A stretch of DNA of 55,127 nt, the filler included, from Asterionella formosa (Eukaryota): assembly GCA_002256025.1 (NCBI GenBank). It is 5 parts of 5 records of this genome, joined end to end, with 100 filler letters (N's around TTAATTAATTAA, not from the genome) between each part and the next. Parts side by side here need not be neighbours in the genome. Positions count along the whole stretch, not along the records: positions 11,078 to 22,024 come from NKIB01008966.1; positions 22,125 to 33,065 come from NKIB01008967.1; 3 more parts are not named here. One strand, 5' to 3'. The notes under the pieces are model-generated. The model did not search any database. It was not told the DNA's origin and saw only the letters and a program-made list of their open reading frames with translations. This document shows, piece after piece, positions 11,814 to 22,371 of the stretch (the stretch's first letter is position 1; every line of letters begins with the position of its first letter). Made by a program: the position numbers and the translations under genes.

Positions 11814-13023
11814 CTGCGATATTGTTAGCCTTCTTAGATTCTCGCTCCCTACTAGGCACATTGATAAGGAAAAATGTGAATGCTATTGAGCTTTTCAGAA
11901 GGCAACTTCTTTCGAGGCAAGGCTTTGCCTTTTCGAGGTGCATTTACGGTCATGATGATTGGTATTGTGGGTGATTGTTGTACACACCTTTTGAATTTGT
12001 ACTGTTAAATCGGACGTGCCAGGAATTCCAATTTGACATTTTCCACATGCGAATTTATCTCTTTATTACGGCACACCAGTGAGCGAAAGAATACATATGT
12101 ATTAATATGTATTTAAAAGGTGATGCTGGCTCAATAGAGTAAACATGAAAATATCCAAATTTCGCAATCTCGTGTCGACAGTTAGCAGTGGCTTACAGTC
12201 CATAAGTCGCCATAGCCGTGGCTTACAGCTTTTAACTGATGGTACTCCAAGTATGTTGTAATAATTCTCTGCTATTTAGTAAGCAAAATATAAGCAAGTG
12301 CTGAACATATCATGACGAAAACATATGCTGCCGGACACAGAGAAATGCAGTTACCAATTCTTTACTTGTTCTACTAATGTGTGTTCTATAAATTTATTGC
12401 ATTCCTTGTTGGGTCTGCATACTGCTGCAGCAGTATGCTGTATGTCATAAATCCATATGTTCAAGTACTGACACATACATATGTATTGGATGGATGTATC
12501 TTCGAACATACTACTGCTGATGTTCACCACTGTTGAATGACTTTATCAGAGGTATGCTGCAATATTCCTCTGCTACTTTTTATTGGAGATATTTGATTCC
12601 AGAAGCTGTGATCATGGTGCACCAAAAACTCCACAAAATTTAGTATTTCAGCATTATATATATGTAAATATATAACTGGCATTATATAACTTTACATTTA
12701 TATATATATATATTAGAGTCGTAAATTCACAAACTTGAATACCGTGTAGGCACAATGTATGATACGGACAGGATTATGTAGCCATAATCGCTCCTGTGGT
12801 GTGCGATTGCTGTTGGTCGTGCATCATCTGTTGCCTTGAATCTGGTACCGCTAACTAGCTACTGGTATACCGAATCTAGATTTCAAACATGTTTATTCGT
12901 CCTAGAAGGAAAGCGAACGATTCAATCCCAGTCATTTTGTACCACATTACATAGCCCTTATTCCTTACTGCAACCATTCTCCACCTTGCTCATATCATAC
13001 ACTTACTGTGGCTCTGCACCAGG

Positions 13024-14646
13024 ATGCCACCAAATAGCCAAGACAAGAATCTGAACAACAACCACGGCTCTGCCAAGACGCAAGTTGTCATTGTCGGCGC
13101 TGGCGCCAGCGGGCTCCAATGCGCATCGATTCTGAAGCGAAACGGATTTGATTGTGTCATTGTCGAAGCCCGCGATCGGATAGGAGGACGCATTCATAGT
13201 CAAGTCTTGGAACGAACAACTACCGATGGGACAAACGTGGAATTCACAATGGACTACGGAGCTGCGTGGGTTCATGGACTAGGCTACGAGTGGCCGACGG
13301 GCGCAAGGATCAGAGTACCAAAGGTTCAACCCAATCCCATGATGGAATTGCTCATTCAAAACGTCGGGAAACAAGCCGCGTTTGAAGAACATCTTCAGCC
13401 TGTCTTTCCAGGCAATCCGTGGACGCGGCCCAAGTTTGCTCTCTTTGACACGAACCAAATCATCTTTTACCAAGGAGGAAAGCAAATTGAAACGGACAAT
13501 CCGATTATTCGACGGGCTCTGAAACGAAACAACGCGATATTAGACCGAGTAGAGGCGATCGGGTTTGAGCGAGAGAATCAAGACAAAGAAAATTTCTCAA
13601 CTAGTGTGCAGGAGATTATTGACAAAGTCAAGACAGAACGTGACTTTGTTACAAATGACAAGGACCTGGAACTCGTTACGGGATTCTATCAACTCTTGTA
13701 TGAGTGCTGGTCAGCATCGCGAGCCGGGGATCTCCAACTTTCCGAGTTTATGGGAGACGAGGAACCAAGCAGTGATGAAGAGGAAGACGACGATGAGGAC
13801 TTCATATGGGATGGATATGAACAAAATGGAGACTACTCCGGCCCACATTGCACTGTTGTGAGTGGAATGAAGACTCTGCTCGATCCGTTGTTGACGAACG
13901 GAGTAAAAGAGTGTATATTATTGGGTCAAGAGGTCATCAGCATTGGACAACGTGATGGTAGGATTGTGGTTGTTACAGGCACAGGATTGACAATTGAAGC
14001 CGAAGGGTGCGTTGTTACTATCCCCCTTGCCTGCTTGAAAAAAGCAATAAGTCCCGAAAATATTCGTCCTTTGTTTCAAAACCCGCTCTCAAAAGAGAAA
14101 TTAAAAGCCATTCAGACTCTCAGAGTTGGTCCATATAAAAAGGTGTTTCTGACCTTTAGTAAGATCTTTTGGTCCCAGACTACAGGATTCCTTGGTCTCT
14201 TGAATGAATCTGGCTCTGGACCACTTGGAAAATACATTTTAGTTGATAATCTATGGGCCAATCGGGGTATCCCGTGCTTAGAAGTGATTCTATTGAATGA
14301 GCAAGCGAATTGGGCGACTCACAAGTCGACGGAGGCGATCCTTCAAGAACTGTTAACTATCATGGAGTCTGTAATGGGAGTGCAAAATCTCAATGAGTTG
14401 CTGATCGACTCCCATGTAACTAGGTGGGAGGAGGACCCATTCTCGTTGGGAGCATATTCTTCCCATACGTTGGGGGCAACAGAAGATACTACAGATGCGT
14501 TGAGAGAACCTGAATGGGATGGCAAACTGATCTTTTGTGGCGAAGCGACCAACTCTGAGCATGAGGGTAGCGTTCATTCAGCATTAATGAGTGGAAGGCG
14601 TGCAGCAAAAGAGATTAGTGATCTTTTGGATCAATGGGCAGCCTAA
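13024..14646 (+). CDS. Flavin-containing amine oxidase (polyamine oxidase/LSD1 catalytic-domain family)
   Basis: VVIVGAGASGL Rossmann motif, EARDRIGGRI, DYGAAWVHG, VVTIPL, TRWEEDPFSLGAYS, FCGEAT...GSVHSALMSGRRAA. Confidence 0.9.
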   Translation: MPPNSQDKNLNNNHGSAKTQVVIVGAGASGLQCASILKRNGFDCVIVEARDRIGGRIHSQVLERTTTDGTNVEFTMDYGAAWVHGLGYEWPTGARIRVPKVQPNPMMELLIQNVGKQAAFEEHLQPVFPGNPWTRPKFALFDTNQIIFYQGGKQIETDNPIIRRALKRNNAILDRVEAIGFERENQDKENFSTSVQEIIDKVKTERDFVTNDKDLELVTGFYQLLYECWSASRAGDLQLSEFMGDEEPSSDEEEDDDEDFIWDGYEQNGDYSGPHCTVVSGMKTLLDPLLTNGVKECILLGQEVISIGQRDGRIVVVTGTGLTIEAEGCVVTIPLACLKKAISPENIRPLFQNPLSKEKLKAIQTLRVGPYKKVFLTFSKIFWSQTTGFLGLLNESGSGPLGKYILVDNLWANRGIPCLEVILLNEQANWATHKSTEAILQELLTIMESVMGVQNLNELLIDSHVTRWEEDPFSLGAYSSHTLGATEDTTDALREPEWDGKLIFCGEATNSEHEGSVHSALMSGRRAAKEISDLLDQWAA

Positions 14647-14775
14647 GAAAGTGTTTTTTTCAAGACCTACCGTACTAATGCGCTCAAGATGTCAACGAAT
14701 CTTGAGGTCGGGCATCTAGATGTACATGTGCTTGATGGATGTATGCAACATCGCGCGTTTTATTTCTACTCTGTC

Positions 14776-15855
14776 CTAAGTTGCAGTTCCTACCTTTGCT
14801 TCTTTCTTTTTGATTTCTGCTTGACAGGTCGGGCATTGGTCTAAAGGTAGCTTCTTAAAGATGCTTAAACACTGGTTGCAAACATAGGCAATATCAACAC
14901 TCTCTCCAGTCTCGAAACATTGTGCACGGAAGTCCACCTTTTGAACGATCGGTAAATTCAGTAATGGTCTAGCCGATCTAGGTGCCAAAAAAACACACAT
15001 AAAAACTTCTGTCAAAGCAGCACCCACCTGTGCAGCACCTGATGGAGACAAGTAAATGCCACCAGTTCTGTCACATGCTTGCTCCAAGAAAGAACTTGAT
15101 TTTGGCGCGTTCTTGCTCCCAACCGGTAGAAAGCAACCATCAATGACAATTGAATGTTTGATTGCAGCAAAGACACAATTCATCATTGAATTGTAATCGT
15201 TTGCCCGATCTGGCGACGCCTGCAGTACTAGTATTCGCGGAGACCAGTCGATCGCAGTCGACTTTTTTTTGCTTGTCTCACCAGTCATCATTCCTACTAC
15301 GCCTTGGTCGTCCTTTCGAAATAGCCCCGAGGATTCTGTTGTTAGCGCCGACACACCCTGTTGCGTGGCCACCAGAAATCGATTGACCATGCAAAAGGCT
15401 TGACTGACAGCACTTGCCATGGAGGCTTCCCCCGTAGAAGATACTGCATTGACGGCTACCCTCGCAACTAGCTCTGCCACTCCGTCGAAAAGCTGCCTTG
15501 GAAGAAGTGTCAAGTCCACATCGTTGCCCGTTCGAAAGAAGCGTTCAAGGTCATTTTTCCTCGGAAAAAGCAGGGCAGTCTTGTCTGCGGCAACTCCAAT
15601 AATTACTATGCAGGCGGAACGTTGCAGGGTGGCATATGCTCCGCAATACACTCTGATGCTGTGGAGCAATTCGTCGAGCGTGACTGGACCGGCAGATCGT
15701 TTGCCAGCAGCAAGGCGCTGTTTGTCTTGAGCTTGGCGCAAGACGGATCGTTCGCCCCATGCGACTGGGGATACATCTACGACTAGGACAAGGAGGGAGC
15801 GGTCGGTGGATGCTTTTCTGATGAGTGCACTGGCGGTTGTGCTTTTGCTAGACAT
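14776..15855 (-). CDS. TFB4: TFIIH subunit Tfb4/p34
   Basis: vWA-like LLVLVVDVSP, YNSMMNCVFAA, FLEQACDRTGGIY, VDFRAQCF and C-terminal C4 zinc finger YVCNQCLSIF...CPTC. Confidence 0.92.
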   Translation of the reverse strand: MSSKSTTASALIRKASTDRSLLVLVVDVSPVAWGERSVLRQAQDKQRLAAGKRSAGPVTLDELLHSIRVYCGAYATLQRSACIVIIGVAADKTALLFPRKNDLERFFRTGNDVDLTLLPRQLFDGVAELVARVAVNAVSSTGEASMASAVSQAFCMVNRFLVATQQGVSALTTESSGLFRKDDQGVVGMMTGETSKKKSTAIDWSPRILVLQASPDRANDYNSMMNCVFAAIKHSIVIDGCFLPVGSKNAPKSSSFLEQACDRTGGIYLSPSGAAQVGAALTEVFMCVFLAPRSARPLLNLPIVQKVDFRAQCFETGESVDIAYVCNQCLSIFKKLPLDQCPTCQAEIKKKEAKVGTAT

Positions 15856-16432
15856 GGCGGATAAGGAACATGGAGCAAGTGGCAGAAGGTGAAGATGTTT
15901 GAATGAAAAATACCGGTATATATTTTTCAGTATTTTGGCTTTTTTTGCGTTTTTTATCTCCTACAGTACATTCAATGTATGTACCGGTAGATGCCATGGA
16001 TGTTACCAGCCGTTAGAGCAGTTTATTATATCCAGCATACCGTACCTGCATAATGATTCATGTTTGGTACGATGTATGAGTATAAATCATAAGCTCTCTG
16101 GCAGATATTTTGCCATCCTTGTTGTGGTACACGGTACATTTGTGTAACTTCATTGTATACCGCTAGTCTCATGTGAGTGTATAGATGAAAAAAAAGAGAA
16201 GTAGTTTCATATATATGGATAATAAACTCACAGGATCTAAGTATTTAAGAAAGACATCATGATGAGGGCGTCGCAGTGATATAAAGCATTGTACTGGTAC
16301 CTGGTACCAGGTAGCAGCTTTTATGATCATCCCCTCAGCCATTCGTCAACCATGAGGAGCACCAAATATGGTACCAGTGCTTGAGCTAACAATAACACAA
16401 GAGCCAACAAAAGGAAAGGTCATCATACAATA

Positions 16433-17275
16433 ATGATCCTGCGTCACTATAGTCGAACGCTTCGCCCATTCCTTCTGATACGTCGCTATCGTTCGATAGA
16501 CAGCAGTAGCGCAGACGCAGCAGCACTTCATGAAGCCTTCAAAGCCCAAATGGCCGAACTGGCGCAAGAACGTGAGGACCTCTTTGGTTTCACCCAAGAG
16601 GACAGGGCCGCTTGGAGCATCCGTCACATCCAGACTACCGGTCCCACAACGATGGCTAGCATCAGTCAAGCCCGGGATCTGAACGATGCCGTCATGCCAG
16701 AGGATGACACTGTTTTCCATCCCGATTCCACGTGTGTTCCATCCAGTGCTGCTGCTGCAAACGACTGGACACACCAACACTTTACTCACTTGTCGGCCGA
16801 TGGTAATTCCGTTAGCATGGTCGATGTAGGACACAAGGCCATTACCCAACGAACTGCCACAGCCACGTCCAAAGTGATTTTTCCTCCAGAAGTCATGACT
16901 GCCTTTCTCGATGTGTCCTCGAGGGAACTTGTTGGCAAAAAGGGTCCCATATTTTCAACTGCCAAAATTGCAGGAATCATGGCAGCCAAACGATGTTCAG
17001 ATATCATTCCTCTCTGTCATGCCTTGCCGCTTGATAAGGTTCACATTGACATTACATTACAAGGCAATGTGGCAAAAATATCTTGTGAATGTAGAGTAAC
17101 ACACAAGACAGGAGTGGAAATGGAGGCCCTGATAGGAGCATCCGTGGCTGCTCTTACGATTTATGACATGTGCAAGGCAGTGAGTCATCGTATAAGTATA
17201 GAGGAGACCAAATTGGTGAAGAAAGAAGGCGGGAAACGGAATGTGAGTAATAGTGACGACGATTCTACTAGCTGA
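16433..17275 (+). CDS. moaC: Cyclic pyranopterin monophosphate synthase MoaC/CNX3 with mitochondrial-type presequence
   Basis: FTHL...MVDVGHK, KKGPIFSTAKIAGIMAAK, IIPLCH, TGVEMEAL, LTIYDMCKAV, KEGGK. Arg-rich, acid-free N-terminus. Confidence 0.93.
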   Translation: MILRHYSRTLRPFLLIRRYRSIDSSSADAAALHEAFKAQMAELAQEREDLFGFTQEDRAAWSIRHIQTTGPTTMASISQARDLNDAVMPEDDTVFHPDSTCVPSSAAAANDWTHQHFTHLSADGNSVSMVDVGHKAITQRTATATSKVIFPPEVMTAFLDVSSRELVGKKGPIFSTAKIAGIMAAKRCSDIIPLCHALPLDKVHIDITLQGNVAKISCECRVTHKTGVEMEALIGASVAALTIYDMCKAVSHRISIEETKLVKKEGGKRNVSNSDDDSTS

Positions 17276-17649
17276 TGATGACATTGTTCTTGCGTGACAT
17301 TTACTGGTACATAGCTAGAATATTAGTGCCGAGAAAGAGGAAAATTGTATTGATCCAATGTCTAGTGAAAGGTAACGATGAACAAATTCAGTCCGTAGAT
17401 ATTGGTTGTTGGATCCAATTGTTAGCATGTCACTCGCTTTGGCGCAAATAGTGCCTCAACAGGGGAGGCATGGTTGTAGAAAAAAGTCTTGGTTTCTACA
17501 TCAGCCCAATCAAGCTGACGACAATCTTGATTGCCCTTTCCATTGTTGTCCAAGTTGTGATTATCCAAGGAACCCTAGAGGCGGACGAACCGCATGATAT
17601 CAGCATTGAGCCATTCAAAATAACAAACGCGAATTCTGTAAGGAAAGTC

Positions 17650-18786
17650 TCACTTATTCCACGAAATTCTCCTAGTAAAGTTAATCAATGCAGCCGTTTC
17701 TGAGGTCAAAACACGGGAAGTTTTGAAAAACAGAACCTCTCCTAGCGAAGGCACCTTGCCAAAAGTTTGAATCAAATGTGATGTTGACCAAATGTCGAGG
17801 TCAGTACAGTTGCCTTCGTTTTCCTTGGTGAGTATGCTGGGCCTCGTCAGGCTCATAATTCCATACCCATTATCCATGATTGTGCGGCTCATTCCAATTT
17901 CATAATGATTTATAATAAGTCCCAGGAGTGAATCATAATTTATGCTTGGGAAGAAGGAAATTATGGATCGACAATCAAAGACACAAGGTGATTCCTTAAT
18001 GATTTTAATTGCCACCTTATCCAGACCATAGACCATGGATTGAATATGAGCGGGTCGACAACAATGAGTCAATCCAACCATTTTGACATTTCCAACCATC
18101 TTGTCAATGAATGCGCTCGTCCACGGCAATGAATTTTTCTCGTTCTTGGGTATGACGGGGCCTGTTGTTCCACAATTGACGTATATAAAGTAATCGTAAG
18201 CAAGAATATCCGTGACATTACCATGCATGACGATTCGGACAGATTCCATGTCATAGCAGACATTGTCGCGTTCTACCAGAGTGATGCGATGTGCATGGTC
18301 TCGTTCACATGCCTTGTCCAATTCTTTTAGCTCTTTCCGATAGAGTGGCGCAACGTCATGACCCAGTACGATAATGGTATCTTGTACCTTGCAATCCACG
18401 CCATGCTTAAGAAAAAAGTCCAAGTTTCGAAAGTACAACTCATTTTTGTCGACATTTCCTTCCGACATTGTAGCTGGACCGCTAAACACGACCAAAATTT
18501 TGTGCTGCTGAATCGGAATTGAATCTACCGGTGATATACTCGTCGTTGCTTCTGTAATCATCACGTGTTCCTCTATTGCTGTCTGAAGCATTGTAGTTAG
18601 GCTTATCGCACGGTATAACTGGGCCGTCCAGGTTGAGGCCACCACAACGCATACAAAAACAGAGACGAAAAGCACTTGTTGCCATCGGTTTCGTCTCTGC
18701 CATGTGGGCGTGCATCGTTTCAGACTGAAGTCTTTCAAAGGGAATGTTATTAAGATCTGGTTCGCCATGGTGAAACCTCCTTTCAT
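17650..18786 (-). CDS. Uncharacterised type II membrane protein, possibly glycosyltransferase-like
   Basis: 378-aa ORF with a basic cytosolic tail, one TM helix (VLFVSVFVCVVVA), a stem, then a globular domain with NLDFFLKHG, ERDNVCYD, YDYFIYVNCGTTGP, HIQSM, YEIGMS, LFFKT. Confidence 0.7.
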   Translation of the reverse strand: MKGGFTMANQILITFPLKDFSLKRCTPTWQRRNRWQQVLFVSVFVCVVVASTWTAQLYRAISLTTMLQTAIEEHVMITEATTSISPVDSIPIQQHKILVVFSGPATMSEGNVDKNELYFRNLDFFLKHGVDCKVQDTIIVLGHDVAPLYRKELKELDKACERDHAHRITLVERDNVCYDMESVRIVMHGNVTDILAYDYFIYVNCGTTGPVIPKNEKNSLPWTSAFIDKMVGNVKMVGLTHCCRPAHIQSMVYGLDKVAIKIIKESPCVFDCRSIISFFPSINYDSLLGLIINHYEIGMSRTIMDNGYGIMSLTRPSILTKENEGNCTDLDIWSTSHLIQTFGKVPSLGEVLFFKTSRVLTSETAALINFTRRISWNK

Positions 18787-19897
18787 AGTCTATGAGTACC
18801 TTGGTGCCTGTATCGGTTATTTAACAGTTTTTCAACAGTTGATACGGTAGTACAATCCTGACCTGGTAGTATTATTGCTTGTAGTATCATGTATTATGAT
18901 GAGTATTTAACATTACTACCCTATATCATTCGAAATTTGAAACGGTATTACAGGTAAAAAAATGATGTTTCGTATGTAACATACCGGTATGTGTTATGTA
19001 CTTTCAGACTGGTATCCTGCTCGAAGCAATACCTCTTTTCTTTCAGTCGTGACCCGGAAAATTTGTATTACCTAGCCTTGCAAGAAGGGAAGGAATCAAT
19101 TGCTCATGACAATAGAACATGCAGAATGTCAAGCTTTCAAATAAAAATTTATACAATTCCCAGAATAGGTCATAAACTCTTTTCAAAAAGTGGCATGCCC
19201 AAATAAATGCTTGATTTTCAAGCAGGGACAAAAAATTGGTACATTGGCAATATGGATTGAAAAGCTATATAATCTTGGGGAAAGGATGCTCATGAGTACC
19301 CAATTTGATGTCGTACTAGGCTCCTTTTTAGGCTTTGTTGTAATTTGTTGTTGTGGCAAGAAGGCAAATTTGACAGCAGTGGATTCCTTGCTGCTCTGAT
19401 GTAGTATTAGTATAGTAGCTTTTTTTATTTTTGCTTGTAAATTAGGCGAAAAAGTGTGATATTGTTGATTATAGCTAGTTTAGTCACACTTAAATATATT
19501 TGTTAATTTTATGGGAATTGTTTAGTGGTCAAGCACACCTTATGGTTTAGGGTTTGATTTCCACATGTTCTACCTACATTGTGTATGTAATCCGTAAAGT
19601 TCAGTGTGATGTTGTCACAACAATGCACAGGCAGGTCGATGACCCACACCATTGTCTGGATCACCAAGTACAACTTCACAACGCACCTCTGCAAATATCA
19701 AGCCCTTTCACAATAATAGCATTCTTAACATTAAATTTAGCTTTAGGCATATTTCTCCTAGTGAAGGCATTGATGAGCAAAATTTTAGTATTCAGATTTT
19801 ACTAATTATTCAACATGTATTATAGTATTATTAATAGGAGCGTCCCACTGAGAAGCTTTTGTTTCTTAATGAAGCTGATGGCTGCTGTTTCAGTCAC

Positions 19898-21230
19898 TTA
19901 GACGACCGATGCGGCGTGAGCACCATGCAGAGATGCTGGTCCCTCAACGAGTGAGGTTTGCTCGTGGAAAAGAGTCTTGGCATAGTGATAAAGTTCAACA
20001 TCAGCCCAATCACGTTGGCCTAGAATCTCGATGGTATCTTCCTCATTATGAACTTTCGGGTAGTTTCCAACATGGTCGCCCCACTTGATAAGTTTATAGT
20101 GACAGTTGGCAATTGTGCTGTTGTGGTCCATGTCGTACTCATCCCAGTAGCCATAGTAGTGGTCAAATCGCATGATACCAGCGTTGAACCATTCGAAAAT
20201 TCCGACCATGAACTCTGCAACAAGGCAGTGGCGAAGGACGATATGTAAGGGATTTGTCATAATATGATTGGGTTGATTTTTTGCATGGTTGAACTTACTT
20301 CTTCGCAAAATTTCCTTGGCAAGCGCAACATCTTGCTCAGTGACGTCAATGACAGATCGAGTCTTTCCAACTAACGATCGAGTAACAAAGTTCTCAACAA
20401 AGGCATCCGACTTGACATATTCATTGAGAAGCATGACGGCAACATCAGGATCGAAGGTCTTTTCCCATGTGGCATGCTGACGGTAAAAGAATTGGTCGAT
20501 AGCGCGCTTGACTGGGTGACGGAACATGATGAAACCACGAGCTCTGTACGTAGTATTGAAAAGGATGGTCATGGAATCTTGCAACAAATGAGTTGAAACC
20601 ACATCAGCCAATCTAGATCCAAGCAGGTCACGGCTCTTAGACTCTTGCAGCCACCACCTAGTAAATACAACAGTATTCAAGTACGTGACATTGTAAGGAG
20701 CCCAGCTAGACTGGCCTCCGTAGTAAGTAGCCATGGTCTGGTAATGAAATAAACGAATAGTCAGTTGGTGTTCAACGTTTGTCTTGTGAACACTTGAGCC
20801 GACAGAAGTAACTTACTCTGTTGTTGCAGTTCATGCAACCGCGACCAGCAACTGTCTTTCCCATGCACCACCAAATGAGTCTCTGGAAGGTACCAGACCC
20901 AGTACGAGGAACGGCCCACAGGAACGGAGTGTCGAACCGACTGAAAGGCTCCCAGACATCAGCCATTGAACTGTAAAAGGCAGGAAGCTTGATGGAGGCA
21001 GAAGTGTCGTAAGGCGCCACGAGCTTACGGCGGACTTCCATATCGACCTCACCGACCTCACCAACCTCACCGACCTCACCGACCTCACCAACCTCGCCAT
21101 CAACCGAAAGACTTCGTGTCACATCAGCAGTAGCATCAAATGGTGAAGGCAGGGTAACATAGGCGGCACCGATGACCAACATCATTAGGGGGAACGCCCA
21201 TTTGCGCAAAGTGCTCTTAGTGGCGCTCAT
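19898..21230 (-). CDS. Golgi-type sulfotransferase-like protein, 3 exons, ~389 aa
   Basis: Exons 21230-20817, 20737-20299, 20214-19898 (1170 nt, in frame) with GT-AG introns 20816-20738 and 20298-20215. N-terminal TM helix, 5'-PSB-like PFLWAVPRTGSGT, 3'-PB-like FRHPVKRAID, C-terminal DVELYHYAKTLF. Confidence 0.75.
21044..21098 (-). repeat. 9-bp coding tandem repeat encoding (GEV)n in the sulfotransferase stem
   Basis: Protein reads DGEVGEVGEVGEVGEVGEVD; units are GGY-GAG-GTY. Confidence 0.9.
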
Positions 21231-22024
21231 GTCAAAGAAGATGAAGTTGCTTGGTCTTTCTAATATAATAATGAACAAAGATAGAATACTTGCTTACATT
21301 TGCAAAAGGTGGACCAGGACAATAAGTGACTTAGGTCACCATCGCATGTCGTGACCTGAGAAAATCTGAGGGCTATATAGAAATGGACATTCAAATGCCC
21401 AAAGACTACTACCGGTATCATATCGGTATATGACGAGACTGGATCAAGGGGTGGGTACCGTTGTCGTTATATTTTCTACAAGAAATTAGCAGTATCGGTA
21501 TCATGCAGTGCAATATTGATATTACCGGGATACATGTTGTTTATATACCGGTATATTCATAAGAAATACATCGATGATGTTCGTACTGTGTAGCCCTATT
21601 ATTGTTACCGGTATTCGTTGTGACTCCCAGGCTTTATGGACTGGATGGCAGCATGATATGTGTTGTCTGGGAGACACAACAACAGTACGGCAAAGTCATG
21701 CTATATTGCTACCGGTACTATTTTGCGACTTCCCAGTGGTGTATCATATACCGGTATGCATACCGGTATCTACATCCATGTGCATACCGTGGTATTTATA
21801 CGTTTCCCGGCATTTCCAAAATAAGACTTTTCAATATCGACATGGTCATGTGCCACAAAAGCAAAATGCCAATGACGGCCGCAAAGACCACGCTGTGTAC
21901 GTGATGGCGGTGGTCCTCTGTTAAATTTCTTGATAAGTAACGAAACACCTCATTGAAATTCCCTTCTTTTCATCAGACGGCCGACCAGAAGCGAGTCCAC
22001 CGACGGATACACAGACCGTAGTTA

Positions 22025-22124
22025 NNNNNNNNNNNNNNNNNNNNNNNNNNNNNNNNNNNNNNNNNNNNTTAATTAATTAANNNNNNNNNNNNNNNNNNNN
22101 NNNNNNNNNNNNNNNNNNNNNNNN
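22025..22124. other. Artificial scaffold-join spacer
   Basis: 100 bp, N44-TTAATTAATTAA-N44. Confidence 0.97.
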
Positions 22125-22371
22125 ACCTGGTACCGTACCGGGGGGTACCGGTGCCAGCCAGCAGCGTCTCAATACGACCGGAGAGGTCTCTAAAACGAAA
22201 ATTCTACTCCTACATCACATCTATGTAAAAGCGAATCAACAGCAAACCCACCTCCTCGAAGCTCCATTTCCTCTCCTTGTGTTGACAAAAACAAGCAAAG
22301 CTCCTCCTGCTTCTCCAACGCTAGACAATCGTAGTCTTTGTTAAATCAACCAAGCATTTTCGATAGAAAAC

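Noticed and set aside
17470..17703. Small membrane protein ORF (77 aa)
   Set aside because: It has one hydrophobic stretch but no recognisable motif and overlaps the 3' end of the opposite-strand gene; not supportable without expression data.
21330..21360. Hairpin CTTAGGTCAC...GTGACCTGAG upstream of the sulfotransferase as a terminator or riboswitch
   Set aside because: A 10-bp imperfect stem without other support; bacterial-style terminators do not apply here.
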